Shown here in pieces: positions 55,288-64,000 of a DNA stretch of 64,000 nt (its first letter is position 1; every line of letters starts with the position of its first letter). This DNA is from Burkholderiales bacterium (lineage in GTDB: Bacteria > Pseudomonadota > Gammaproteobacteria > Burkholderiales > SG8-39). The notes below the pieces were generated by a model. That model worked only from the letters and a program-made list of their open reading frames with translations. It was not told where the DNA came from and ran no database searches. The stretch covers positions 61,943 through 125,942 of the forward strand of contig JBIOYV010000111.1 in NCBI GenBank assembly GCA_044870335.1, given 5' to 3'. The translations under genes and the position numbers were made by a program.

Positions 55288-56226
55288 CTAGTCGAGAAGC
55301 CTTACGGAGAGGTAGGGACGGCCGTTCCTGATCTCCGCGAACAGGGCTCCGTACTCCGGCAGCTCCACCCAGGACGAAGTGTCGCGCGTGAGCGGCTCGG
55401 AGGCGACGAGGATGGATTGGGCGCGCTCGGCGCCGCCGGTCATCTTCCACTCGTTGCCGTGCAGCGCGTAGTTCCGGCCGAGCGTGTACCAGAGCGACAG
55501 GAAGCTGAGGTTCGCTTCGTGCACGCGCTCCACGCCGTCGCGCTTCACGGCCTGCGTATCGTAGCGGCCGAAGTCGAAGCAGTAGCGCAGCGCGACGAGC
55601 TGCCGGCCGTTGGCGATGAACAGGTTCACGGAGGAGGACACGCTCACCCCGGCTTCGGCGCGCGCCAGCCGCAGCACCGCCAGGGTGCGCCCGAGCGCCT
55701 CGAACGCCTCGTCCTCCGCGGCGGCGGCGCCCGGATCGGAGAGCTGCGACATGAAGAGCGCGTAGATCCATTCGCTGTCGGTGGTGCCGCGGATGCCGGC
55801 GAGGAACCGCGGCTGGATGTGCGGCGTGAGCCGCGGCTTGAGCGCTTCCATTCCCGCGAGATCGCCGTTGTGCGCGAGCGCCCAGGGCACGCCGTCGAAC
55901 TGGAACGGGTGCACGTTCTGCAGCGAGATCTCGACCGCCGCGGAATAGGCGACGCCCCGCACGTGCGCGAGCACGCAGGCGGCGCGCACCTTTTCGGCGA
56001 GGTTCTTGAGGTTGCGGTCGAACACCGGGAGCGACGGCGAGCCGTAGAAAAACGCCTTCTCGGGCTGGTGCGAGCCCGGATCCCAGGCGCGCAGCCCGAA
56101 CCCGGCGAGGTTGAGCATATTCAGCATCTTGGGCATGTAGCTTTGCCGCACCAGCGCCGAGTCGGGCTGGTAGAGCAGGTTGTCGAGCAGCACGGGTTCG
56201 CCGAGGTAGAGCAGCGCGCGGCACAT
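55288..56226 (-). CDS. class II glutamine amidotransferase (YafJ-type, N-terminal Cys nucleophile)
   Basis: MCRALLY... N-terminal nucleophile fold. The overlapping ORF 55226..56254 is Arg-rich and rejected. Confidence 0.75.
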   Translation of the reverse strand: MCRALLYLGEPVLLDNLLYQPDSALVRQSYMPKMLNMLNLAGFGLRAWDPGSHQPEKAFFYGSPSLPVFDRNLKNLAEKVRAACVLAHVRGVAYSAAVEISLQNVHPFQFDGVPWALAHNGDLAGMEALKPRLTPHIQPRFLAGIRGTTDSEWIYALFMSQLSDPGAAAAEDEAFEALGRTLAVLRLARAEAGVSVSSSVNLFIANGRQLVALRYCFDFGRYDTQAVKRDGVERVHEANLSFLSLWYTLGRNYALHGNEWKMTGGAERAQSILVASEPLTRDTSSWVELPEYGALFAEIRNGRPYLSVRLLD

Positions 56227-56246
56227 GCATATACATTACCGCACTC

Positions 56247-56954
56247 ATGACCAAGACCCTGCTCGTTGCGGGCGCAGGCCCGGGACTTGGGAAGTCGGTG
56301 GCGAAGCGCTTTGCGCGCGAGGGTTACGCCGTGGCGCTCGCGGCGCGCAACGAGGAGCGTCTTTCCAGTCTTGCCCGGGAAATCGGCGCGTCTCCCTTTC
56401 CCGCGGATCTGGCCAACGAAGGCGACGTGGCGAGCCTCTTCAGCAGCGTCGAGACGAAGCTGGGGCCGATCGAGGCCGTCGCCTTCATCGCCGCGACGCG
56501 CGTGCAGGGACCGTTCGCCGAGCTCTCCGCGGCCGACTTCGAGAATGTCTGGCGCCACAGCTGTCTCAGCGGGTTTATGGTCGGGCGCGAAGCCGCCCGT
56601 GCCATGCTGCCGCGCGCCCGCGGCAGTGTCATTTTCACCGGCGCATCGGGCAGCACGCGCGGGCGCGCGCAGTTCGCCGCGTTCGCCGCCGCCAAGGGCG
56701 GCCTGAGGTTCATGGCGCAGAGCATGGCGCGCGAGCTCGGTCCGAAAGGGATCCATGTCGCCACGGTGCTGATCGACGGCGCGATCGCCAGCGAGCGCAT
56801 GTGGCGCGACCACCGCGACCGCATGGAGAAGCTGGGCGCCGACGGCGCGCTGCAGCCGGACGCGATCGCCGAGACCTATTGGCAGATCCACAGCCAGCCG
56901 CGCAGCGCGTGGACCCACGAGGCGGATCTGCGGCCCTGGAAGGAACCCTTCTAG
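56247..56954 (+). CDS. SDR-family oxidoreductase
   Basis: Cofactor motif LVAGAGPGLGKS and an SDR core. Confidence 0.85.
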   Translation: MTKTLLVAGAGPGLGKSVAKRFAREGYAVALAARNEERLSSLAREIGASPFPADLANEGDVASLFSSVETKLGPIEAVAFIAATRVQGPFAELSAADFENVWRHSCLSGFMVGREAARAMLPRARGSVIFTGASGSTRGRAQFAAFAAAKGGLRFMAQSMARELGPKGIHVATVLIDGAIASERMWRDHRDRMEKLGADGALQPDAIAETYWQIHSQPRSAWTHEADLRPWKEPF

Positions 56955-57920
56955 CTACTTCTTCTGCTCTTCGCTCCGGTCGGTCGCCGGCGGCGGGGTG
57001 CGCGAAAGCGCCGCGATCTCGGCGCGCAACGCCGGACTCATCTCGATCTTCACCGAGTCGAGCGAAGCCTGGAGCTGCTCGGGGTTTCGCGCGCCGATGA
57101 TCGGCGCGGTGACGGCCGCATGCGCCGCCACCCAGGCGACCGCGGTACTCACGGGGTGCAGCCCGCGGCTGCGGCAAAAGGCGACGAATTTCGCCGCGAC
57201 CTCGTGCATCCAGGGCTCGCCGTAGCGCGCCTCGTACATCTTGTTCGTGACCAGGCGGCCGCTCTGCTTCTCGAGGTATTTCCCCGAGAGCAGGCCCGCC
57301 GCGGCCGGGCTGTAAGGCACGACCGCGACCGCGTGCGCAGCCGCCATCGGCAGGATCTCGACCTCGGCCTGGCGCTTCACCAGGTTGTACATCGGCTGGA
57401 GCGCCTGCAGCCGCGCCCAGCCCTGCCGCTCCTGCAGGCCGAGCGCGAGCTGGGTCTGCCAGGCGGCGTGGTTGCTGAGCGCGGGGTAGAGCACCTTGCC
57501 GGCGCGCACCAGGTCCTCCAGCGCGCGCATCGATTCCTCGAGCGGCGCGAGCGGGTCCTGCTGGTGCAGGTACAGGATCTCGACGCGGTCGGTCTGCAGC
57601 CGCTTGAGGCTCATTTCGACCGCGCGCGTGATGTGGCGGCGCGAGTTGCCGCGCGCATTGAGGTCTTCGCCGGTGGGATTGAACGACTTGGTCGCGATCA
57701 CCAGCTCGTCGCGGTGGCCGCGAGCGAGCTCGCCGAGGATTTGCTCGGAGCGGCCCTTGTTGTACTGGTCCGCGGTATCGAAGAAATTGATGCCGGCTTC
57801 GCGACACGCGCGGTACATGCGACCCGACGCCGCCTCGTCTGCATCGCCGCCGAACGACATGCAGCCGTAGCAGAGCTCGGAGACCTGGACGCCGGTACGA
57901 CCCAAGAGCTTGTATTTCAT
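56955..57920 (-). CDS. aldo/keto reductase
   Basis: MKYKLLGRTGVQVSELCYGCMSFG... AKR fold. Start taken at MKYK. Confidence 0.85.
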   Translation of the reverse strand: MKYKLLGRTGVQVSELCYGCMSFGGDADEAASGRMYRACREAGINFFDTADQYNKGRSEQILGELARGHRDELVIATKSFNPTGEDLNARGNSRRHITRAVEMSLKRLQTDRVEILYLHQQDPLAPLEESMRALEDLVRAGKVLYPALSNHAAWQTQLALGLQERQGWARLQALQPMYNLVKRQAEVEILPMAAAHAVAVVPYSPAAAGLLSGKYLEKQSGRLVTNKMYEARYGEPWMHEVAAKFVAFCRSRGLHPVSTAVAWVAAHAAVTAPIIGARNPEQLQASLDSVKIEMSPALRAEIAALSRTPPPATDRSEEQKK

Positions 57921-57941
57921 GCCCGGCAGTCTGGGTAAACG

Positions 57942-57957
57942 CTTGACCGCAGTCAAG
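57942..57957. promoter_or_regulatory. palindrome CTTGAC-cgca-GTCAAG between divergent AKR and fdsB. Putative operator / -35 region.
   Basis: Read directly. Half-sites are the same TTGAC/GTCAA as in the 42832 palindrome. Confidence 0.4.
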
Positions 57958-57995
57958 AATCAAGCCTTTGCCGAGGGCCGATAATACGTCCCTAG

Positions 57996-59660
57996 ATGAA
58001 AGGCAACGGAAAGGTACGGCCGTATCCGAAGGGGCGGCCGGTCGAGGCAAGTGCGGTCGAGGAAGTGCGCGCGCTGCTCGGCGACGAGCCGCGCCGGCGC
58101 GACCTGCTGATCGAGCATCTGCACAAGATCAATGACCGCTACGGTCATTTGTCTGCGGCGCACCTTGCGGCCCTCGCGCAGGAGATGCAGCTCTCGCAGA
58201 CCGAGGTGTACGAGGTCGCGACCTTCTACCACCATTTCGAGGTCGTGAAGGAGGACGAGACCGCGCCGCCGGCGCTCACGGTGAGGGTTTGCGACTCGAT
58301 CGCCTGCGAGCTGGCCGGTTCCGAGGAATTGCTCGAGAAGCTTCCTGGGATCCTCGGAAAGGCCGTGCGCGTGGTGCACGCGCCGTGCGTGGGCCGGTGC
58401 GAAGTGGCTCCCGTGGCGGTTGTCGGTCAGAACCCGGTCGGCAATGCCACGATTCATGCGGTCAAGAGCGTGGTGGACAAGAAGCAGATCAGCTGCGCCG
58501 AAACCGACTACATCGACTTCGCCGCATACAAGAAGGACGGCGGCTACAGGCTGATTGCCGACTGCCTCGCGGGCAAGTACACCCGCGAGGGACTGACCAA
58601 GATCATGGAGGACTCGGGCCTGCGCGGGCTGGGCGGCGCAGGCTTCCCGGTCGGCCGCAAGTGGAAGACCGTCGCCGGCGAGCCCGAGCCGCGCCTGATG
58701 GCGGTCAACATCGACGAGGGCGAGCCGGGCACCTTCAAGGACCGCTGGTACCTCGAGCGCGATCCGCACCGCTTCCTGGAAGGCATGCTGGTCGCGGCCT
58801 GGGCAGTGGGCATCGGCGAGATCTATGTCTATCTGCGGGATGAGTACGCCGGCTGCAGGAAGATCCTGGAGGATGAACTCAAGAAACTGAAGGCAAGTCC
58901 GCCGTGCGCGCTGCCGCCGATCCACCTGAGACGCGGCGCAGGGGCCTACATCTGCGGCGAAGAGTCGGCGATGATCGAGTCGATCGAGGGCAAGCGCGGC
59001 ATGCCGCGCCTGCGCCCGCCGTACGTTGCGCAGGTCGGCCTTTTTGGCCGTCCCACGCTCGAGCACAACATGGAGTCGGTGTATTGGGTGCGGGAGATCG
59101 TGGAGAAGGGGCCGCAATGGTTCGCCGGCCACGGGCGGAACGGACGTAAAGGTTTGCGGTCTTTCTCCGTATCGGGTCGGGTCAGGAAGCCGGGCGTCCA
59201 TGTAGCGCCCGCGGGTATAACCGTTCTTGAATTGATCAATGAATATTGTGGTGGGATGCTCGACGGGCATGCGTTCTACGGGTACCTCCCGGGCGGCGCC
59301 TCGGGCGGCATCCTGCCCGCATCGAAGGGCGATCTCCCGCTCGACTTCGACACGCTGCAGCCGCACGGCAGCTTTATCGGTTCTGCGGCCGTTGTTGTGT
59401 TCAGTAATAAAGATAAGGCAGCAAAAGCGGCCGTCAACCTGATGAAGTTCTTCCACGACGAGTCCTGCGGCCAGTGCACGCCCTGCCGGGTCGGTACCGC
59501 CAAGGCGCTTCAGCTGATGGAAAAGGGCAAATGGGACCAGCCTTTGCTCAAGGAGCTTTCTCAGGCCATGATGGACGCTTCGATCTGCGGCCTGGGGCAG
59601 GCGGCGCCGAATCCCGCGCTGACCGTAATGCGGTATTTCCCGCAAGAGATCGAAGGCTAG
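57996..59660 (+). CDS. fdsB: NAD-dependent formate dehydrogenase beta subunit (fused NuoE-like and NuoF-like domains)
   Basis: 2Fe-2S thioredoxin-like N-terminal domain. FMN/NADH-binding GxGGAGF and a 4Fe-4S motif CGQCTPCR. Confidence 0.9.
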   Translation: MKGNGKVRPYPKGRPVEASAVEEVRALLGDEPRRRDLLIEHLHKINDRYGHLSAAHLAALAQEMQLSQTEVYEVATFYHHFEVVKEDETAPPALTVRVCDSIACELAGSEELLEKLPGILGKAVRVVHAPCVGRCEVAPVAVVGQNPVGNATIHAVKSVVDKKQISCAETDYIDFAAYKKDGGYRLIADCLAGKYTREGLTKIMEDSGLRGLGGAGFPVGRKWKTVAGEPEPRLMAVNIDEGEPGTFKDRWYLERDPHRFLEGMLVAAWAVGIGEIYVYLRDEYAGCRKILEDELKKLKASPPCALPPIHLRRGAGAYICGEESAMIESIEGKRGMPRLRPPYVAQVGLFGRPTLEHNMESVYWVREIVEKGPQWFAGHGRNGRKGLRSFSVSGRVRKPGVHVAPAGITVLELINEYCGGMLDGHAFYGYLPGGASGGILPASKGDLPLDFDTLQPHGSFIGSAAVVVFSNKDKAAKAAVNLMKFFHDESCGQCTPCRVGTAKALQLMEKGKWDQPLLKELSQAMMDASICGLGQAAPNPALTVMRYFPQEIEG

Positions 59661-59673
59661 AGAGGCGTTTGCG

Positions 59674-62478
59674 ATGGAACGCGTAACGACGCAGCAGCTC
59701 GCGATGATGCCGATCGAGTTCAAGCTCAACGGCAAGACGGTGATCGGGCGTCCGGACGAGACGATCATCGAATGTGCCAAGCGGAACGGCGTCGAGATCC
59801 CGCATCTCTGCTACAAGCCCGGCCTGCGTCCCGACGGCAACTGCCGCGCCTGCGTCGTCGAGATCAAGGGCGAGCGCGCGCTGGCGCCCTCGTGCTGCCG
59901 CTATCCCAAGGAGGGGATGGAGGTCACCACCGACAACCCGCGCGCCCAGCTCTCGCAGAAGATGGTCCTGGAGCTGCTTCTTTCGGACATGCCCGAGCGG
60001 CAATACTCGAAGGACAACGAGCTCGACCTGTGGGCAAGGAAGATGAACCTCGGCCTGCCCAGATTCGAAGGAAGGAAGCAACCGAAAGCCGACGTTTCGC
60101 ATCCCGCCATCGCGGTCAACCTCGATGCCTGTATCCAGTGCACGCGCTGCCTGCGCGCCTGCCGCGAAGAGCAGGTGAACGACGTGATCGGCTACGCCTT
60201 TCGCGGCGAGCACTCGAAGATCGTCTTCGACATGGACGACCCGATGGGCAAGTCGACGTGCGTGGCGTGCGGCGAGTGCGTGCAGGCCTGCCCCACCGGC
60301 GCGCTCATGCCGGCGCGCGAAGTCGGCCTGGAGACGATCGACAAGACGGTCGACTCGGTCTGCCCCTTCTGCGGCGTCGGCTGCCTGCTCACGTATCACG
60401 TCAAGAACAACGTCATCAAGTTCGTCACCGGCAAGGACGGCCCGGCGAACCACGGCCGCCTGTGCGTGAAGGGGCGCTACGGCTTCGACTACGCGCACCA
60501 CCCGCAGCGCCTCACCCAACCGCTCATCAGGAAGGCCGGCGTGAAGAAAGGCGCCAACTTCATGGTGGATCCGGCGAACTGGTCGGAGGTTTTCCGGGAA
60601 GCGACCTGGGAAGAAGCACTGGAACTTGCCGCTTCCGGCTTGAAAAAAATCAGGGATCAGGACCGCTACGCGCTGGCCGGGTTCGGTTCCGCGAAGGGCT
60701 CGAACGAGGAGGCCTACCTCTTCCAGAAGCTCGTGCGCGCCGGCTTCGGCACCAACAACGTCGACCACTGCACGCGCCTGTGCCACGCCTCGTCGGTGGC
60801 CGCGCTCCTCGAGGGCATCGGCTCGGGCGCGGTGTCGAACCAGGTGAACGACATCGCCAACTCCGGCCTCATCTTCCTCATCGGCGCGAATCCAACGTCG
60901 AACCACCCGGTGGCGGCGACCTGGATGAAGAACGCGGCGAAGAACGGCGCCAAGCTGGTCTACGCCGACCCGCGCAAGAGCGACCTCGCGCGGCACGCGT
61001 GGCGCTTCCTGCAGTTCAAGCCCGACACCGACGTCGCGCTGCTGAACGCCATGATCTACACGATCATTGAAGAGAATCTGGCAAATGAATCTTTCATAAA
61101 AGACAGGACGTCGGGCTACGAAGCCCTGAAAGAAAACGCGAAGAGCTTCTCGCCCGAGAAGATGGCGCCGATCTGCGGCATCCCCGCCGAGACCATCCGC
61201 GAGGTGGCGCGCGAGTACGCCACGTCCAAAGCGTCGATGATCCTCTGGGGCATGGGCATATCGCAGCACGTGCACGGTACCGACAACGCGCGCTGCTTGA
61301 TCGCGCTCACTCTGATGACCGGGCAGGTCGGCCGGCCCGGCACCGGGCTGCACCCGCTGCGCGGCCAGAACAACGTTCAGGGGGCGTCGGACTCGGGCCT
61401 GATTCCGATGATGTTCCCCGACTACCAGCGCGTGGCGACGCCGGAGGCGAACCAGCGCTTCGAGAAGACCTGGGGCGTCAAGCTCGACACCAAGCCCGGC
61501 CTCACGGTGGTCGAGGTCATGAACGCGGCCTACGACGGAAGCATCCGCGGCATGTACATCATGGGCGAGAACCCGGCGATGTCCGACCCGGACCTCGAGC
61601 ACGCGCGCGCCGCGATGGCGAAGCTCGAGCACCTGGTGGTGCAGGACATCTTCCTCACCGAGACCTGCTACATGGCCGACGTGGTGCTGCCGGCCACGGC
61701 GTGGCCGGAGAAGGACGGCACCGTCACCAACACCGACCGCATGGTGCAGCTCGGCCGCAAGGCGCTCGACGCGCCGGGGCAGGCGAAGCCCGACCTGTGG
61801 ATCATCGTCGAGCTCGCGAAGCGACTGGGGCTGGACTGGTCGTATCAGCACCCCAGACAGGTCTTTGATGAAATGCGGACCTGCATGGACTCGATCCGCG
61901 GCATCACCTGGGAGCGCCTCGAGCGCGACTCCACGGTGACCTATCCCTGCGAGAACGAGGGCGATCCCGGCCAGCCGGTCGTGTTCACCACCCACTTCCC
62001 GACGCCGACCGGGCGCGCCAGGTTCGTGCCGGCCGACCTGATCAGCGCCGACGAGCGGCCCGACGCCGAGTACCCGATGGTGCTGATCACCGGCCGCCAG
62101 CTCGAGCACTGGCACACCGGCGCGATGACGCGCCGCGCCGGCGTGCTCGACGCCATCGAGCCCGAGCCGACCGCATCGCTTCATCCTTCCGATCTCAGAA
62201 GCCTCGACGCGAAGCCGGGCGACGTGGTCACCGTCGAATCCAGGCGCGGCAGGATCGCCCTGTATGCGAGGGAAGATCCCGGCACGCCGCGCGGCAGCGT
62301 GTTCATCCCCTTCGCGTTCTACGAAGCGGCGGCGAACATCCTCACCAACCCGGTGCTCGACCCGTTCGGCAAGATCCCGGAGTTCAAGTACTGCGCGGTG
62401 AGGGTCACCCGCGGCGGCGAACTTCCGGCCGATCCCGGCTACGGCAAGGGCCGCAGCCTGCGGGAACTGCAGGCCTAG
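59674..62478 (+). CDS. fdsA: NAD-dependent formate dehydrogenase alpha subunit (molybdopterin, NuoG-like N-terminus)
   Basis: 2Fe-2S and 4Fe-4S clusters (CxxCxxC). Mo-bisPGD domain with active-site Cys (CVKGRYG). Confidence 0.92.
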   Translation: MERVTTQQLAMMPIEFKLNGKTVIGRPDETIIECAKRNGVEIPHLCYKPGLRPDGNCRACVVEIKGERALAPSCCRYPKEGMEVTTDNPRAQLSQKMVLELLLSDMPERQYSKDNELDLWARKMNLGLPRFEGRKQPKADVSHPAIAVNLDACIQCTRCLRACREEQVNDVIGYAFRGEHSKIVFDMDDPMGKSTCVACGECVQACPTGALMPAREVGLETIDKTVDSVCPFCGVGCLLTYHVKNNVIKFVTGKDGPANHGRLCVKGRYGFDYAHHPQRLTQPLIRKAGVKKGANFMVDPANWSEVFREATWEEALELAASGLKKIRDQDRYALAGFGSAKGSNEEAYLFQKLVRAGFGTNNVDHCTRLCHASSVAALLEGIGSGAVSNQVNDIANSGLIFLIGANPTSNHPVAATWMKNAAKNGAKLVYADPRKSDLARHAWRFLQFKPDTDVALLNAMIYTIIEENLANESFIKDRTSGYEALKENAKSFSPEKMAPICGIPAETIREVAREYATSKASMILWGMGISQHVHGTDNARCLIALTLMTGQVGRPGTGLHPLRGQNNVQGASDSGLIPMMFPDYQRVATPEANQRFEKTWGVKLDTKPGLTVVEVMNAAYDGSIRGMYIMGENPAMSDPDLEHARAAMAKLEHLVVQDIFLTETCYMADVVLPATAWPEKDGTVTNTDRMVQLGRKALDAPGQAKPDLWIIVELAKRLGLDWSYQHPRQVFDEMRTCMDSIRGITWERLERDSTVTYPCENEGDPGQPVVFTTHFPTPTGRARFVPADLISADERPDAEYPMVLITGRQLEHWHTGAMTRRAGVLDAIEPEPTASLHPSDLRSLDAKPGDVVTVESRRGRIALYAREDPGTPRGSVFIPFAFYEAAANILTNPVLDPFGKIPEFKYCAVRVTRGGELPADPGYGKGRSLRELQA

Positions 62479-62508
62479 AATGCCTTGAAGAAGGGGGGAA
62501 GCGCGCAA

Positions 62509-62940
62509 ATGAGAATCCTGCTGGCGGTGGACGGCTCCAAGCATTCGCTGAACGCGGTGCAGTTTCTGATCGACCACTACGGAGTATGGCTGCGGGAGAA
62601 GCCCGAGCTCGACCTCGTCACCGTGCACCTGCCGGTGCCCAAGCTGCCGGGCATGGGCGCCGCGGTCGGCAAGGCGCAGCTCGACAGGTACTACCAGGAG
62701 GAGAGCGAGCGCAGCCTCGCCGACGCGCGGAAAAAGCTGGACGCGGCCGGGGTGCGCTACGAAGCCCACACTCTGGTCGGGCCGGTGGCCGAGAGCCTGG
62801 TCAAGCACGCCAAGGACAAGCGCTGCGACCTCATCTGCATCGGCACGCGCGGGCACAGCGAGCTCGGCAAAGCGCTGGTAGGCTCGACTGCCACCAAGGT
62901 GATGCACATCTCGGACGTCCCGGTCCTGCTGGTCAAGTAG
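62509..62940 (+). CDS. universal stress protein UspA family
   Basis: MRILLAVDGSKHS...GTRGHS... ATG at 62509, 8 nt after GGGGGGAAG. Confidence 0.85.
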   Translation: MRILLAVDGSKHSLNAVQFLIDHYGVWLREKPELDLVTVHLPVPKLPGMGAAVGKAQLDRYYQEESERSLADARKKLDAAGVRYEAHTLVGPVAESLVKHAKDKRCDLICIGTRGHSELGKALVGSTATKVMHISDVPVLLVK

Positions 62941-63021
62941 CGCTTGATTTGCGTCAAGGCCGGTCCGGGCGCCGGTCTTGGAGAATTGCGTCCATCCCAC
63001 CAGAGGCTCGAGGAGCGTCGC

Positions 63022-64000
63022 ATGCCGTCGGACATCGAAATCGCGCAGGCAGCCAAGATGCAGCGCATCTCCGCGGTCGCGCGCGAGAAGCTCGGAATCG
63101 CCGAAGAGCACCTGGAGCCCTACGGCCACTACAAGGCGAAGGTCTCGCTGAAGTACCTCGACACGCTCAAAGGCAAGAAGAACGGCAAGCTGATCCTGGT
63201 CACCGCGATCAGCCCGACGCCGGCCGGCGAGGGCAAGACCACCACCACGGTCGGCCTGGGCGACGCGCTCAATCACATCGGCAAGAAGGCGGTGATCTGC
63301 CTGCGCGAGCCCTCGCTCGGGCCGGTGTTCGGCATGAAGGGCGGCGCGGCGGGCGGCGGCTACGCCCAGGTGGTGCCGATGGAGGACATCAACCTGCATT
63401 TCACCGGCGATTTCGGCGCGATCCAGCTCGCGAACAACCTGCTCGCCGCGCTGATCGACAACCACATCAACCACGGCAACGAGCTCGGCATCGACGTGCG
63501 GCGCATCCAGTGGAAGCGGGTGCTCGACATGAACGACCGCGCGCTGCGCGACATCACGATCGCGCTGGGCGGCACCGCGAACGGCTATCCGCGCCAGGAC
63601 GGCTTCGACATCGTGGTTGCGTCCGAGGTCATGGCGATTTTCTGCCTCGCCACCAGCCTCAAGGACCTGAAGGATCGACTCGGCAAGATTGTCGTTGGCT
63701 ACACGCGCGAGCAGAAACCGATCCTGGCACGCGAGTTGAATGCGCACGGTGCCATGACGGTGCTGTTGAAGGAAGCGCTCAAGCCGAATCTGGTGCAGAC
63801 GCTGGAGAACAATCCAGCGTTCATCCACGGCGGGCCGTTCGCCAACATCGCGCACGGCTGCAATTCGGTGATCGCCACGCGCGCCGCCTTGAAGCTCGCC
63901 GATTACGTCGTCACCGAGGCCGGGTTCGGCGCCGACCTGGGTGCCGAGAAGTTCGTCGATATCAAGTGCAGGAAAAGCGGACTGCGGCCCTCTGCGGTGG
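63022..64000 (+). CDS. fhs: formate--tetrahydrofolate ligase (3' partial, continues beyond the window)
   Basis: [16 protein letters not shown]...[17 protein letters not shown]... P-loop. Frame open to the window end. RBS GAGGAG lies 7 nt upstream. Confidence 0.9.
   Translation, partial: MPSDIEIAQAAKMQRISAVAREKLGIAEEHLEPYGHYKAKVSLKYLDTLKGKKNGKLILVTAISPTPAGEGKTTTTVGLGDALNHIGKKAVICLREPSLGPVFGMKGGAAGGGYAQVVPMEDINLHFTGDFGAIQLANNLLAALIDNHINHGNELGIDVRRIQWKRVLDMNDRALRDITIALGGTANGYPRQDGFDIVVASEVMAIFCLATSLKDLKDRLGKIVVGYTREQKPILARELNAHGAMTVLLKEALKPNLVQTLENNPAFIHGGPFANIAHGCNSVIATRAALKLADYVVTEAGFGADLGAEKFVDIKCRKSGLRPSAV

Noticed and set aside
55226-56254. 342-aa minus-strand ORF overlapping the glutamine amidotransferase gene
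   Set aside because: An alternative frame with an Arg/Ala-rich translation. The frame at 55288..56226 gives an N-terminal Cys amidotransferase sequence instead.
59548-63855. 1435-aa minus-strand ORF
   Set aside because: Shadow ORF antisense to fdsA, uspA and fhs. The translation has no domain content and is rich in Arg, Asp and Val.

Overview
This is a high-GC (~68%) bacterial chromosomal segment with compact coding. Most neighbouring genes overlap by ATGA, GTGA, TTGA or TGATG, and long spurious antisense ORFs are common, as expected at this GC content. The coding content points to a sulfur-oxidising, organosulfonate-using proteobacterium-like organism. Named functions recognised: adenylylsulfate reductase aprM-aprB-aprA; ATP sulfurylase (sat); two TauE/SafE sulfite exporters, one next to a DUF1634 protein; taurine-dioxygenase-like TauD; a NitT/TauT-type ABC ATPase (5' partial); NAD-dependent formate dehydrogenase fdsB-fdsA, a universal stress protein and formate-THF ligase (fhs, 3' partial); succinyl-CoA synthetase sucCD; glycerol kinase; several two-component systems; two cNMP-binding-domain proteins. 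The most unusual structure is a dense same-strand array of about 14 tRNA genes at 40.7-42.4 kb with 0-13 nt spacers. Several of these tRNAs are non-canonical: C54 T-loops, a Leu(CAG)-like tRNA without a long variable arm, an undecodable type-II tRNA, a duplicated Phe tRNA and degenerate fragments. A strong divergent promoter with tandem terminators and a possible sRNA lies on one side of the array, and a translationally coupled SPFH(slipin)-AAA+ ATPase operon lies on the other. Other candidate new systems: (1) a four-gene cluster encoding a fatty-acid-hydroxylase::GH3 fusion protein, an enolase-superfamily enzyme and a CocE/NonD hydrolase beside an XRE regulator; (2) a seven-gene coupled minus-strand operon (MFS transporter, histidine kinase, response regulator, PanB-like, cNMP-binding protein, TauE, GcvT-like) that looks like an uncharacterised folate/C1-linked sulfonate pathway; (3) an orphan ABC-type substrate-binding protein coupled to a hybrid sensor kinase. 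No transposase, integrase or CRISPR array was seen. All calls come from reading the sequence and ORF translations. No database search was possible. Coordinates I derived myself (tRNAs, repeats, terminators) may be off by 1-2 nt.
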